Source: Candidatus Undinarchaeota archaeon (lineage in GTDB: Archaea; SpSt-1190; JASMDC01). From it: a stretch of 64,000 nucleotides of DNA. The notes under the pieces are model-generated. The model was not told the DNA's origin, ran no database searches, and saw only the letters and a list, made by a program, of their open reading frames with translations. A program made the translations under genes and the position numbers. Where the stretch lies: contig CAZFHY010000011.1 of NCBI GenBank assembly GCA_964519305.1, positions 1 through 64,000 of the forward strand, written 5' to 3'. Shown in pieces: positions 8,626-18,302 of the stretch; position 1 is the stretch's first letter; each line of letters begins with the position of its first letter.

Positions 8626-9214
8626 TCCCTACCGACGCGCCACCATCGACGTTTTCGGGCTGGTCGCTCTCGCAATATTCGGTCTAATAGCGGCCGTTCT
8701 TCTCATCCGTTTCACTGGGCTCACCACGGGCGCATTGGGCGAGACCCATGCCGCCAAGAACATCAATGAGATCGTCGTAGGGGCACGAAAGGCCTGTAGG
8801 GACGGTGAGGCCGTCGTGAGCGCCTTCACAGTTCCCGAGCAGTACGCGTACGTGGTACGCACCTGCGACCTGTGGGAGTGCGCCGACGGCAACTGCCGGG
8901 ACGAGACCATTGCTGGTCATAACTGGCCCCTGGACGCCGATAGCAAGCGCAAGGTGTTCGACAAGTTCTGCAACGGTCGTGATTCGCCGAACCTACTGGC
9001 CGCCTGCTACATCATCTATGGCGTCCACCACGACTGGGGCCCGTTAGGTCAGCTCATGGGATGGAAGCGCATAGTCGCACAGACACGCAAATGCGAGAAC
9101 ATCCACTGCGGTATACCTTATGACATCAACCTCATCATGCCCGGAAAGCAGAAGTACCGCATGAACATAGTCAGGGACGGCGAAGCTCTGGTCGGGAGGA
9201 AGTACGATGTCTAA
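8609..9214 (+). CDS. Pilin-like protein (alpha/beta Cys scaffold)
   Basis: RRA/TIDVFGLVALAIFGLIAAVLLI; helix ending RKAC, followed by beta-type segments with paired Cys. Confidence 0.75.
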   Translation: MRAPRSPYRRATIDVFGLVALAIFGLIAAVLLIRFTGLTTGALGETHAAKNINEIVVGARKACRDGEAVVSAFTVPEQYAYVVRTCDLWECADGNCRDETIAGHNWPLDADSKRKVFDKFCNGRDSPNLLAACYIIYGVHHDWGPLGQLMGWKRIVAQTRKCENIHCGIPYDINLIMPGKQKYRMNIVRDGEALVGRKYDV

Positions 9215-10502
9215 GCTCCTAGGCCGCAAGCGAGCCCTCCTGGGCATCAAGTTCTGGTTCATGGTATTTGTGGTCATGGCGTTCATGGTCGCTGTGAGCA
9301 TGGCCATGAACATCCTCTATGTAGGTCAGACCGTGCGGGCCGCGGACGAGCTCGGCCGGATCAAGACGTACATGGAGGCCGTTTGCCACGGGAACGTAGG
9401 CGACTACCGTTCCTTCGGCGCCCCACCGTTCGGTGTGATCGTCCGGGTTGACTCTTGTGATAAGGTGCTCGCAAAGAGCGCGGTCCGAGGCGCGGTGGGT
9501 GTTGGCGTGATGACAAAACACATAACATCAATCGCCAACATGGGAAAGAAGCCCAAGGCGCTCAAGCAGATGGCCGACAAGGCAGACGACCTCGCGAAGA
9601 TGTCGGGCTCAAATGTGAAGACCGCCACTGATGCCGCCCGGATAACCGAGGCCAACCAGGCGCTTACCAAGAACCTGGCCATGTTCAAGGATCCGAGCAA
9701 GAGCCTCTTCCAGATTCCTGTCCCCTCGAAGATGGCAGGGGTCCACAACAAGGTAGTGATGGCCTTGGACAAGACCGGTATCGTCTCGGCCAACGGTGCC
9801 AAGGCCCAGAAACACATCGTAGAGATCTACAAGATACAGGGCCAGCTGGGCCGTACCAAGGACGCAGCCCAAGCGGCCAAGCTGTATGCTCAATGGGGCA
9901 ACCATGCCGACGAGGCCTACAAGCTCGCACACACGGCCGGCAGGTTCGGCACGGGGATGAAGTTCACCCAGGGAGCCCTGTACACGAGCTGTGTGGGCAC
10001 GTCCCTTGCGGGCTATGTCAAGGAAGTGGATGTCGTACCTGAAGGGGCACAGAAGGCCATTGAGGACGTCCATACGGCCACACGCGACCTAATCGCTGAT
10101 AATGTGGGGCCCGCGGGCGGGACTGTGAGCGCCCTCCCCGCCGAAGGTGTACCCTGCCTTGCCTACTCGCTCTCGAAGGGTGCAAGCCTGAAGGGCGCCA
10201 CCGGCTTCCTTGGTGGCGCTGTCACGAGCACGGCCTTCAACATCCTTGGTGGTCGGATGCTCGGTCAGTCGGCCGCCATGATCTCAAGCTTTGCCACCCG
10301 GTGCCCGGGAGCAACCAACGGCCTGGCCATCTGTATCCAGAAGTCCAAGTGTGAGAGCGAGGAGAAAGGCCCGTGCTCCGCTTGCGATGTGATATCATGT
10401 CGTGTTCCGATCAACGTGGAGTCCCGCCCCTTCGATCCGAAGATAACGGTCTCCCATGAGGGTGACGTCGTGAAGCTCAACGGGGGTGTAGAGCCATTCT
10501 GA
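9207..10502 (+). CDS. Pilin-like protein with large inserted Gly/Ala/Lys-rich domain
   Basis: RKRA/LLGIKFWFMVFVVMAFMVAV; both termini align with the 8609-9214 scaffold. Confidence 0.75.
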   Translation: MSKLLGRKRALLGIKFWFMVFVVMAFMVAVSMAMNILYVGQTVRAADELGRIKTYMEAVCHGNVGDYRSFGAPPFGVIVRVDSCDKVLAKSAVRGAVGVGVMTKHITSIANMGKKPKALKQMADKADDLAKMSGSNVKTATDAARITEANQALTKNLAMFKDPSKSLFQIPVPSKMAGVHNKVVMALDKTGIVSANGAKAQKHIVEIYKIQGQLGRTKDAAQAAKLYAQWGNHADEAYKLAHTAGRFGTGMKFTQGALYTSCVGTSLAGYVKEVDVVPEGAQKAIEDVHTATRDLIADNVGPAGGTVSALPAEGVPCLAYSLSKGASLKGATGFLGGAVTSTAFNILGGRMLGQSAAMISSFATRCPGATNGLAICIQKSKCESEEKGPCSACDVISCRVPINVESRPFDPKITVSHEGDVVKLNGGVEPF

Positions 10503-10504
10503 GG

Positions 10505-10987
10505 TTGCTCGCGGCCAAGCGCGGCCAGGCATCAACCGTGTCCGAATCCCTGTCGGAGTTCGCCAAGTTCGTGGCCGCCATCATAGTATTCGCCCTCGTA
10601 CTCGGGGCGTTCCTCGCTCTGCTCGTGAATATGCATAAGCTGTCACTCATCATGAACGCCCGCATCGTGGCCGATGCCATAGCTGGCGCTATCGCAGCGG
10701 TGTCCACAGCACCTGACCAGGCTTCGTTCTGCTATACGGTCCCATCGTTCGCTACATACCGCGTCGTCATCGGTGGCGGAGCCGTGCTGGTAGTGCAAGC
10801 AGGGGAACAGGCTTTCGGTATATCTCCTTATCCCGTCCCTGGCGTGGAGCCTACGGAGCTACTCGTTGGCAAGGACCAGGTGAGCGCTGTGATCGTTATT
10901 CGCAAGATACGCGTGGGCGCCTCCGAGCAGATATCGGTAACGGCCCCGGAGGAGTTCGAACTAAAGCGTTGTGCGGAGGTAATCTAG
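10505..10987 (+). CDS. Pilin-like protein
   Basis: AKRG/QASTVSE, close to the canonical archaeal [KR]GQ class III motif, followed by a long hydrophobic helix. Confidence 0.75.
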   Translation: MLAAKRGQASTVSESLSEFAKFVAAIIVFALVLGAFLALLVNMHKLSLIMNARIVADAIAGAIAAVSTAPDQASFCYTVPSFATYRVVIGGGAVLVVQAGEQAFGISPYPVPGVEPTELLVGKDQVSAVIVIRKIRVGASEQISVTAPEEFELKRCAEVI

Positions 10988-10988
10988 G

Positions 10989-12623
10989 ATGCTCGAGGAA
11001 CAGGTGTTCATTATCGTGATGGTCATTCTCCTGGTGACCATCGTAGGTGGCGGTGTATCCGCCTGGTTCAAGTTCACCGAGTCCATCGAGAGCGACATAG
11101 AGTTCAGGGCCGCCGTCAAGGTGGCGCACAGGCTCGCGGGCTCATCACAATGCCTTACCTACCTGTCCGCGACACAACGCGCAAGCAAGAACGTGCTCGA
11201 CGCTAACAAGCTCAAGCTCGCCAACGAAATCTATGGCAGCGACCGTTCCAAGGGCCTTCTTTCCCTAGGGGGTATCCTGGGACTCGGGAGCGCAGACGGG
11301 AACCTTCCCCGGGAACACCCGTGCGCCTTCCTCATGGGATTCAGATGGCAGGCCCACATAGTCGACCTTGAGTTCTTCTCCGATATGGAAGATGAGAAGC
11401 GAGAGGAGCTCTCTGAACGGTACGGCTGTCTACTAGCCAAGGATTCGTGCTTGTGGGATATGGGGAAACCCTTCAGCTTCTCCCCGCGCCTTGAGCATCT
11501 CGAGGCGAAGGACGCCGAGGAACGGAGCGATGACCACTTCTGCAGCGGCCAGGACTGGTGCGCGAGCATGAAGAACAGCTTGGACAAATGCCTCAGTAAA
11601 GGGGACGAGGACCTCAAAGGGCTATCCAATCCAACGGCCCCCGTGAAGATCCCTATCACCATCGCCATCACCAACGAGATCGGCCAGCTCGAGAAGCATA
11701 TGGGCTATCTCCAGGTAGTGGTCATACCCAGCGACCGCCACTGTACTCGCGAGGATTACGGTGAGCGCGCTTTCTACATGGGGGAGAACAAGGCGATAAT
11801 CGGTAAGGAATGCTGTCTCTTTGACCTCCAGGAAGGAGTGTGTCGCGGGAACCTGCGTGCAGCGCACGCGGTCCAGGCCAAGTTCGCCCGCACGGTGTAC
11901 ATTTTCTCAGGGGTCGGGACGCTCGCTAATCTCATCACCGGCCACTGCCCGGAGTACGAGTATCTCGCGAAGGATGACTACATCGCGTGCGGGTGTGAGA
12001 ACAAAGGGCAGCCGATGGAGGTAATCGGCCTCGACGGCCCCCAAGTCGTCGGAACTGGTTGCCCTAGGAACAACTTCTTCGCCGCAAAGGTTCAGAACCG
12101 CAACTGGGAGAAGCCCGCAACCGTGAAGGCCATCAAGCTCACAGCCGGCGGTAACGACTATCTACCCTGTACGAAGGAAACATGTGGTCTTCCAACGGGA
12201 ACAATCTGGGTGAAACCCTCTGAGGAGGTGGATCCCCGCTCAGTGGCCACCTACATGTTCGGTGTGCCGGCCGAGGATCTTTCCGGCGACGAGGCCGAGG
12301 TCACCATCACCATGGAGTATTCTGTCCCTAAGATATCCTCACCCTACAAGAAGCCTAAGGACTGCCGGGAGTCGGGGCACCTGTACGTGTGCACCCACAC
12401 CCTAAAAACGACCTATCCCGCCACCGGGTGTGTCGGGGAGGGATTGAAGGACGCGTGCATGGGCCAGATATGCAGCAAGGACCAAGTGTGTTGTTCTGCG
12501 GGCGGATGCATCTCCAAGGAGCGCAAGACCCATTGCGAGGCAGCGGTCACCGGTTGGGACAGCCTGAAGAAGGAAGGCGAGGCCCTCATGAAGGGCAGTC
12601 TGGAGGACGAGAAGGATGCATAG
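10989..12623 (+). CDS. Large Cys-rich N-anchored protein of the pilin array (minor pilin/adhesin-like)
   Basis: MLEEQVFIIVMVILLVTIV TM; RLAGSSQCLTY...VLDANKL; many Cys; RBS GGAGGT. Confidence 0.75.
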   Translation: MLEEQVFIIVMVILLVTIVGGGVSAWFKFTESIESDIEFRAAVKVAHRLAGSSQCLTYLSATQRASKNVLDANKLKLANEIYGSDRSKGLLSLGGILGLGSADGNLPREHPCAFLMGFRWQAHIVDLEFFSDMEDEKREELSERYGCLLAKDSCLWDMGKPFSFSPRLEHLEAKDAEERSDDHFCSGQDWCASMKNSLDKCLSKGDEDLKGLSNPTAPVKIPITIAITNEIGQLEKHMGYLQVVVIPSDRHCTREDYGERAFYMGENKAIIGKECCLFDLQEGVCRGNLRAAHAVQAKFARTVYIFSGVGTLANLITGHCPEYEYLAKDDYIACGCENKGQPMEVIGLDGPQVVGTGCPRNNFFAAKVQNRNWEKPATVKAIKLTAGGNDYLPCTKETCGLPTGTIWVKPSEEVDPRSVATYMFGVPAEDLSGDEAEVTITMEYSVPKISSPYKKPKDCRESGHLYVCTHTLKTTYPATGCVGEGLKDACMGQICSKDQVCCSAGGCISKERKTHCEAAVTGWDSLKKEGEALMKGSLEDEKDA

Positions 12624-13215
12624 GGAGTCCATCCGACGTTTCCTGGCCCGGGCACGCCGGTCCCGCCGCGGTATGGGGATGGGGACCGCCTTCACTGCCG
12701 GTCTAACCATCATGACCGTTGGGCTCGCCCTCATAGTCGCGACCTCCCGTATCAAGGTCAACGTCATGCTCGCAGAGGAGCAGGCATGGGACCCAACCTA
12801 CCAGCTCCTCCTCTCTCTGGCCGAGTCCACCGTTGTGATACGTGAGGGCGACCATCGTGCAGTGCTGAGCATGTTCGACATCCTATCCATGGTGGGTGCG
12901 ACACAACAGTCCAAGGTAGTCGTTCGTGTGAAGGGAAAGAGCGTTACCGTTGACGTGAACGAACTGCTGGAGAAGAAGCTCAAACGTCCTTTCGAGCTCA
13001 TCGGCCGGAACCAGGTCCATATCGTGCTCACGGACAACGATCAGAAGAAGGTCATTGTCGAGTACCCTCGACGTAACACCGTGGACTATCGTGCCTGGCT
13101 CGAGAAGGAGAACTTCGAGATTGGCCGCGTGACCTCCGCCCGTATGCTAGTCCCGCTCCCTGACGGTACATCTACAGCCACCCTCCTCCTACAATATGCG
13201 GAGGTGTATTCATGA
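12616..13215 (+). CDS. Pilin-like protein
   Basis: RSRRG/MGMGTAFTAGLTIMTVGLALIV. Confidence 0.7.
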   Translation: MHRESIRRFLARARRSRRGMGMGTAFTAGLTIMTVGLALIVATSRIKVNVMLAEEQAWDPTYQLLLSLAESTVVIREGDHRAVLSMFDILSMVGATQQSKVVVRVKGKSVTVDVNELLEKKLKRPFELIGRNQVHIVLTDNDQKKVIVEYPRRNTVDYRAWLEKENFEIGRVTSARMLVPLPDGTSTATLLLQYAEVYS

Positions 13216-14501
13216 TGCGGCGCCGTCTCAATATCGGCCGTTCCCGCTCAACAGTCGGTTGGTTCCTATGGCTCGCCCACGCGACCCGCGGTGTTGCCCC
13301 GGCAGTGCTCATGCTAGGGGCATCGGTCGCGCTCACCATCGGGATGTCCATGTACGTAACCGCCAAGCTCCAGGGTGATGCGGTCGTGAAGTCCATCACA
13401 CAGGAGGCGAAGATACTCAAGCGGATTCATATCAACGAGGCTGCGCGGCTCTACGCACGCCAGTCCATCAGGACCGTGGTGAACCAGGCCGTGGCAGATG
13501 TTCTGCGTTACGGGGGTTTCACGGACCCCGCCTTTACCACTCTTGGGACCGCGACCGTAAGCCAGAACAAGGTCGTGCTGTTCGAGAAATGCGAGCAACA
13601 AGGTGGGGGCGATGTGACGTGGAAGAAAGCGTGCGAGCAGGAGCTCGATCCGTTCTTGGAGAGCGATGTCACGGTCATTACAGAGCGCGCTCGCGAGAGC
13701 ATAGGGCAGCTTGTGCCCGAACGTGTCGGTGCCGCTGTAGCTGCGCACAACCGAGAGGATCAGGACTCCATGATCCGTCTCACATCACCGGACATCCATA
13801 TGGACTTCAACGATGATGCTGTGTCTGTCATCGTCCCGCTCAACATCACTACTTACCTGGCAAACAAGCTGGGAGTTGTCTCATCGCCCGACTATATTTC
13901 CGAGACGGTACAGGTGCGCATGATGAAGCTCTTCGAGGTCGGGCTGGATGTGTCAAGATTGGACCTTCATGAACGTACCCAGGAGGCACTGTGCGGCGTA
14001 TGCGACCGCTACCCGGATCGGCGCCCGATGGCAAAGGACCTGCGCACCATCACGGACGAGGCCCTCGACAAGATCGAGGAAGAGTATGCTGAGGAGTATG
14101 CGGATGACGGTATCGCGATCACAATCACTCTTATCGATGGGACTCTGTTCCATATATTACCCAAAAAACCGTTCGATCAGGCTGAAGAGGACGGTGTGAA
14201 GGTAGTAGACTGGAAGGAGCCGGAAGCAGATGACGCACCCGTCCCCTGGCAACTATACATGAACGGCGAGGTGGCCGAGGATCCTGCGAGCGGGAAGAAG
14301 AGCGGCCGATACGCCCTTGGGGCCGATCTTGCCATCCATGTACGTGCGGAGGACCAGCGCACCTACCTACCTTACTTAGTACAGCGTGGTACGAAGATGG
14401 ATTACGAGTACCGGCCAATCGCTGTGGAGTTCGTACTCAAGAAGCGTGTGTGGGAGGGCGACGATTCGAAGTGCTCCCTCACTGCCGAGTGCGAGGGATA
14501 G
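13212..14501 (+). CDS. Large pilin-like protein, last gene of the array
   Basis: ATRG/VAPAVLMLGASVALTIGMSMYV; ATGA overlap. Confidence 0.7.
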   Translation: MMRRRLNIGRSRSTVGWFLWLAHATRGVAPAVLMLGASVALTIGMSMYVTAKLQGDAVVKSITQEAKILKRIHINEAARLYARQSIRTVVNQAVADVLRYGGFTDPAFTTLGTATVSQNKVVLFEKCEQQGGGDVTWKKACEQELDPFLESDVTVITERARESIGQLVPERVGAAVAAHNREDQDSMIRLTSPDIHMDFNDDAVSVIVPLNITTYLANKLGVVSSPDYISETVQVRMMKLFEVGLDVSRLDLHERTQEALCGVCDRYPDRRPMAKDLRTITDEALDKIEEEYAEEYADDGIAITITLIDGTLFHILPKKPFDQAEEDGVKVVDWKEPEADDAPVPWQLYMNGEVAEDPASGKKSGRYALGADLAIHVRAEDQRTYLPYLVQRGTKMDYEYRPIAVEFVLKKRVWEGDDSKCSLTAECEG

Positions 14502-14590
14502 GGCTATTCGCGATTATTGATGGCAGAATCCGCCCGGATTTGCGAAAAAGATATAGGTGAGAACGTACATATATTTACTACTTCAGAGTA

Positions 14591-15472
14591 ATGAAAATGG
14601 TTTGGCCGAAGATCAGTCTGCCAAAGGACCCCGAACGAGAGGAGCGTAGCTTTCAAGACCTCCAGGAAGAGATATTCCTGATCGAGAAGGACGCGGGTCT
14701 CATGGAAAAGAACGCACCCTTCCATAAGTATGAAAAGGAATATCTCAAAGAGATAGGGGACAGCGCCACTCCTGTGAAAGCAAGTGAGGTCATCGCAGCT
14801 GCAAGCAACGCCGATATTGCATATCTGGGAGATTACCATCTATCACCAGAGTGTCAGGACGTACAGTTAGCAGTCCTCGAGGCAATGGCGGCGAAAAGTG
14901 TGAAGGATGGGCGACCTCTCCACCTTGCAGTAGAGTTCTTTGCAGAGCCATATCAGGATGCAGTGAACGACTACCTGGCCGGGAAGCTCTCACCGGGGCA
15001 GCTAGCACACCGTACCAATTTCGACGATGAAATGGGTGTGAACTTCGAGAGTTATGTGCGGCTCCTCGACTACGCTCGGGATAACGGGATCGCAGTTCTC
15101 GCAACAGAGTACTCGATGTCTGATAGAAAGGATAAGGACCTCTATTCGCGGGATGAGCACGCAGCCACTTCAATCGCCAATCTATTCAATAAAGATGGGA
15201 TTGAAAGGCCACGCATAGCTGTTGTGTACGGCACCTATCATACAAGCCCCGGGCACCTCCCGAAGCAGGTAGATAAACGACTGGAAGAACCTGCTAGGAA
15301 CGTTAGCATAGTCAGCTCCGCTCCCGCCATATACTGGTCGCTCGCGCACAGCATGCCGGGCAAGAAAATCGAAGCAGCCCAAGTGAATAAGGACGTATTC
15401 TACGTTCCGGGGGCAAGTGAGACGGAGCACAGCGAACGATACCTTCACAACTTAGAATCGTACCAATTCTGA
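14591..15472 (+). CDS. ChaN/EreA-like (DUF399-type) family protein
   Basis: IAYLGDYH, LAVEFF, Y..LLDYAR..GI, RDEHAA and VVYGTYH match the ChaN-like motif order. No signal peptide. Confidence 0.65.
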   Translation: MKMVWPKISLPKDPEREERSFQDLQEEIFLIEKDAGLMEKNAPFHKYEKEYLKEIGDSATPVKASEVIAAASNADIAYLGDYHLSPECQDVQLAVLEAMAAKSVKDGRPLHLAVEFFAEPYQDAVNDYLAGKLSPGQLAHRTNFDDEMGVNFESYVRLLDYARDNGIAVLATEYSMSDRKDKDLYSRDEHAATSIANLFNKDGIERPRIAVVYGTYHTSPGHLPKQVDKRLEEPARNVSIVSSAPAIYWSLAHSMPGKKIEAAQVNKDVFYVPGASETEHSERYLHNLESYQF

Positions 15473-15514
15473 GACCGCGGATCGTTGGAATGCCGAGCGT
15501 CCAATTTTTAAGCA

Positions 15515-16798
15515 TTGAACAACATGGCTCCCCCCGTGCTGGAGCGTGAGCGGGATAACCTGCGTTTCCTCCTGGACGAGCTGGAAGGGTGGAAGGAGAA
15601 AGAGCTCATAACTAATGAGCAGTACGAGACGCTTACCAAGCGTTACATAGACCGCCTCGATATAATCGAGAAGGAGACTGGTGGCGAGGACGCGGTCTAT
15701 CTTGAAGAGGCATACGGCACATGGCTCGTGCGTTTGGGAACTATGGCGGTGCTAACGGCCTTCTCTATCATCGCTGCCTACTCGATGGGCTGGTTCACGG
15801 ACGGCCAGAAGGTGCTCCTTACTTTTCTGGGTGCAGGATTGTTCTGCGGAGTGGCCATTAAGCTTCGCCCGGCGCTCAGGGAGACGCTGTCGAACGCCCT
15901 GCTATTCATCGGCGGCTCCCTTCTCGTCGCAGCTATCGGGCTCTTGTATTCCTTCGACTTCATTGGAGCCGGAGCAGAGGCCTTCCTTCAACTTGGTGCC
16001 GCCGTGGTGCTTGTCATGCTCGCCGAACGCTACGACTCCACATGGGTGCTCATCGAGGGTATGAGCACTGCTGTGGGCGCAGGAACTCTCCTATATCAGG
16101 AGGTGCTCCCTGGGATAATCGTGTTACTGGGTGCTGCTGCAACGTGTATCTGGTTCGCCCGTCGTGTAATCGAGCGTTCGCCTGCGGCCTTGGCGTACGA
16201 TCTGTTCGTCTCTTTCTTCGTACTCGGTTTCCTTGCGTGGGATATTTTCGACATACTGCAGGACCATTGGACTAATTATCACTGGTATCTGGTCCCGTTG
16301 TCGCTCTTCATCTATTCGGTCATACTCCTCATCGTAGCCCCGCGAGTGAAGCAAAAGCACGGCGGGTGGTCGGCCGTTCCATTCTACTTAGCAGGATGTG
16401 TTGGGACCGCTATCATGTGGGGTATGCTCATCCTCGATTTCAGCAGGGCGATGGGTTTCACTGCACCAGCAGGGCTGGGGGCCATTACGTACCTCCCCAT
16501 GGGAATAATCTTCCTTCGATGGGGGAGGAAGGAAGGTGAAACCGTCGTCATCGCAGCAGGTGGGCTCGTGCTCCTCTTCGACCTCACCCTCGTTGCATAC
16601 GTGCTCGAGCTACCTCCGGCTGTCGCAGCAACTCTCCTTCTCATCGCCGGTTTCGGTGTGTTGTTCGCTGCCTGGCGGTTCGATGTGAAGCGACGGGAGC
16701 TATTGGAGACTCTTGGAGCTTCCGAAGAGAAGAACGATAAGCTGGGCGATACCGCCGAAGGTGCGATGGAGGGCGTTGGCGCGCTCTTGGAACGTTGA
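15515..16798 (+). CDS. DUF2157-type polytopic membrane protein
   Basis: N-terminal LDELEGWKEKELITNEQYETL..RY followed by about 12 TM helices. Confidence 0.7.
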   Translation: MNNMAPPVLERERDNLRFLLDELEGWKEKELITNEQYETLTKRYIDRLDIIEKETGGEDAVYLEEAYGTWLVRLGTMAVLTAFSIIAAYSMGWFTDGQKVLLTFLGAGLFCGVAIKLRPALRETLSNALLFIGGSLLVAAIGLLYSFDFIGAGAEAFLQLGAAVVLVMLAERYDSTWVLIEGMSTAVGAGTLLYQEVLPGIIVLLGAAATCIWFARRVIERSPAALAYDLFVSFFVLGFLAWDIFDILQDHWTNYHWYLVPLSLFIYSVILLIVAPRVKQKHGGWSAVPFYLAGCVGTAIMWGMLILDFSRAMGFTAPAGLGAITYLPMGIIFLRWGRKEGETVVIAAGGLVLLFDLTLVAYVLELPPAVAATLLLIAGFGVLFAAWRFDVKRRELLETLGASEEKNDKLGDTAEGAMEGVGALLER

Positions 16799-16801
16799 AG
16801 C

Positions 16802-17227
16802 TCAATCGCCTTCGTGCACGGACGAAGTTCCAACGATGGTAATGGACACCTTCCGCTTTCGTTGGCGGACGTCCAGTTCAACGAGGAAGATCGACTGCCA
16901 GGTACCGAGTTGTAACCTGTCATCGCGCACCGGTATGGTGCAGGACGGGCCAAGCATAAGTGACCGAACATGGCTCTGAGGATTGTCTCCATGCTTATAG
17001 TCCGCCTTCTTCGGTACGAGCCGCTCGATCGCGGCCTTGAAGTCCTCCACCGCGGCAGGTTCGTTCTCGTTCAGGACGATGGCACAGGTTGCCCCGGGGA
17101 CGAACACCGTGGCGGTGCCCGTTCGCACCTTTGCCTCGGCGATAACTGTCGCCACGAGATCTGTGATGTCCTGGAAGTCAAGTTCTCCGGCGGTCGAGAT
17201 GGGGACGTCCCGCGCGTACACGACCAT
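16802..17227 (-). CDS. yjbQ: YjbQ/UPF0047 family protein
   Basis: DIT, NENEP, YKHGDNPQSH, LQLGTWQSIFLVELD. Confidence 0.9.
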   Translation of the reverse strand: MVVYARDVPISTAGELDFQDITDLVATVIAEAKVRTGTATVFVPGATCAIVLNENEPAAVEDFKAAIERLVPKKADYKHGDNPQSHVRSLMLGPSCTIPVRDDRLQLGTWQSIFLVELDVRQRKRKVSITIVGTSSVHEGD

Positions 17228-17228
17228 C

Positions 17229-18302
17229 CTATTGACCCCCGGTATCGATCCACGTCAGTATCCTGTTGAACGCCTCGATGCGGCTGGGGAAGAGTACAGG
17301 ACCGCTCTTGAAGAAGAATGCACTGAGGTCCTGAGGGACGTAATCGCCCTTTTCCTTGGCGAGGGGTACAAGGCGGATCAGGTCGGCCAGTAGTACTGAT
17401 GCGGAGGGTGAATCACTGATACGCGCGGTTATGGTGATGAAATTTGTGGTCCCTGCGAAGGTGTTGTAATGTATGTTCAGGTACATATGCTTGGTATCGG
17501 GATCCATATGTGCCGGCGGGATATAATCGATACCGATGTAATGCGGGATGTCCACGCCGGGATACACGGTCGTGATGATGCGGGACTTGGACCGTTTCTT
17601 GGCAGCGCCCCTTCCGCTCGAATCTGAAAGGGAGAGGAAGTCCGTGTTCGATGCGTACTGCCACTGAGCGATATTGAGCGGGATTCGCCCGTGCTGGGAG
17701 AGGTGACACAAGAGATCGTGGGTGAGCGGTGTCGCTCCAGAGGCGAAGTCATTCCCCATGAGCACGGCTTTATTCTCTCGTGCAAGGTAGTCGTACTCCT
17801 CGTCACCACAGATGGGGGTGGGGATCCCGTTGATCACACTCACTCCTTCCTGGAGAGCATACAGGGAGTATACCTTGCTCGAGGTCATGTCTACATCGGG
17901 CTCGGTCGTGGAGCAGATAGCCAGAACATCAAGGCCCTTCATCCGCTCCCTTAGGTACGTCTCGGTCTCTCCGCGCTTCTTATGGTCCCATATGGAAACG
18001 ATGTTCTTGATCACGTGGTCCCTTTCCACACATACGCCCTCTTCGATAATGATGTCATCGTAGTAACCCTTGGGGAGGGGGTAATACTTGCGAATGACAT
18101 CGCCGACGCTCTTACCTACCTTGTCCCCATCGATGTCGAAAACCCGTACTAGCTCGATGTCGTCCAAAGGGGTGGGTACGACGTCCCTGATGGGATTGGT
18201 CAAACAAGTCCAGATATCTCTACCCTCGCGATGAAGGGCGAGGCCATAGAGGAAGCAGGATGATAGGTAGCCGAGGCCGACGATGCCGATTCGAATGGTC
18301 AT
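17229..18302 (-). CDS. myo-inositol-1-phosphate synthase family protein
   Basis: IGIVGLG, FDID..KVG, INGIP, GNDFASGAT, NTDFL, DSPS, FFKSGP. Confidence 0.8.
   Translation of the reverse strand: MTIRIGIVGLGYLSSCFLYGLALHREGRDIWTCLTNPIRDVVPTPLDDIELVRVFDIDGDKVGKSVGDVIRKYYPLPKGYYDDIIIEEGVCVERDHVIKNIVSIWDHKKRGETETYLRERMKGLDVLAICSTTEPDVDMTSSKVYSLYALQEGVSVINGIPTPICGDEEYDYLARENKAVLMGNDFASGATPLTHDLLCHLSQHGRIPLNIAQWQYASNTDFLSLSDSSGRGAAKKRSKSRIITTVYPGVDIPHYIGIDYIPPAHMDPDTKHMYLNIHYNTFAGTTNFITITARISDSPSASVLLADLIRLVPLAKEKGDYVPQDLSAFFFKSGPVLFPSRIEAFNRILTWIDTGGQ

Noticed and set aside
3743-14501. Pilin array as a provirus or archaellum operon
   Set aside because: No capsid, packaging ATPase, integrase or replication gene; no archaellin GIGTLIVFIA-type N-terminus or arl accessory genes.
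3743-14501. Diversity-generating retroelement or cassette switching as the source of pilin diversity
   Set aside because: No reverse transcriptase, recombinase or near-identical DNA repeat pair was visible.
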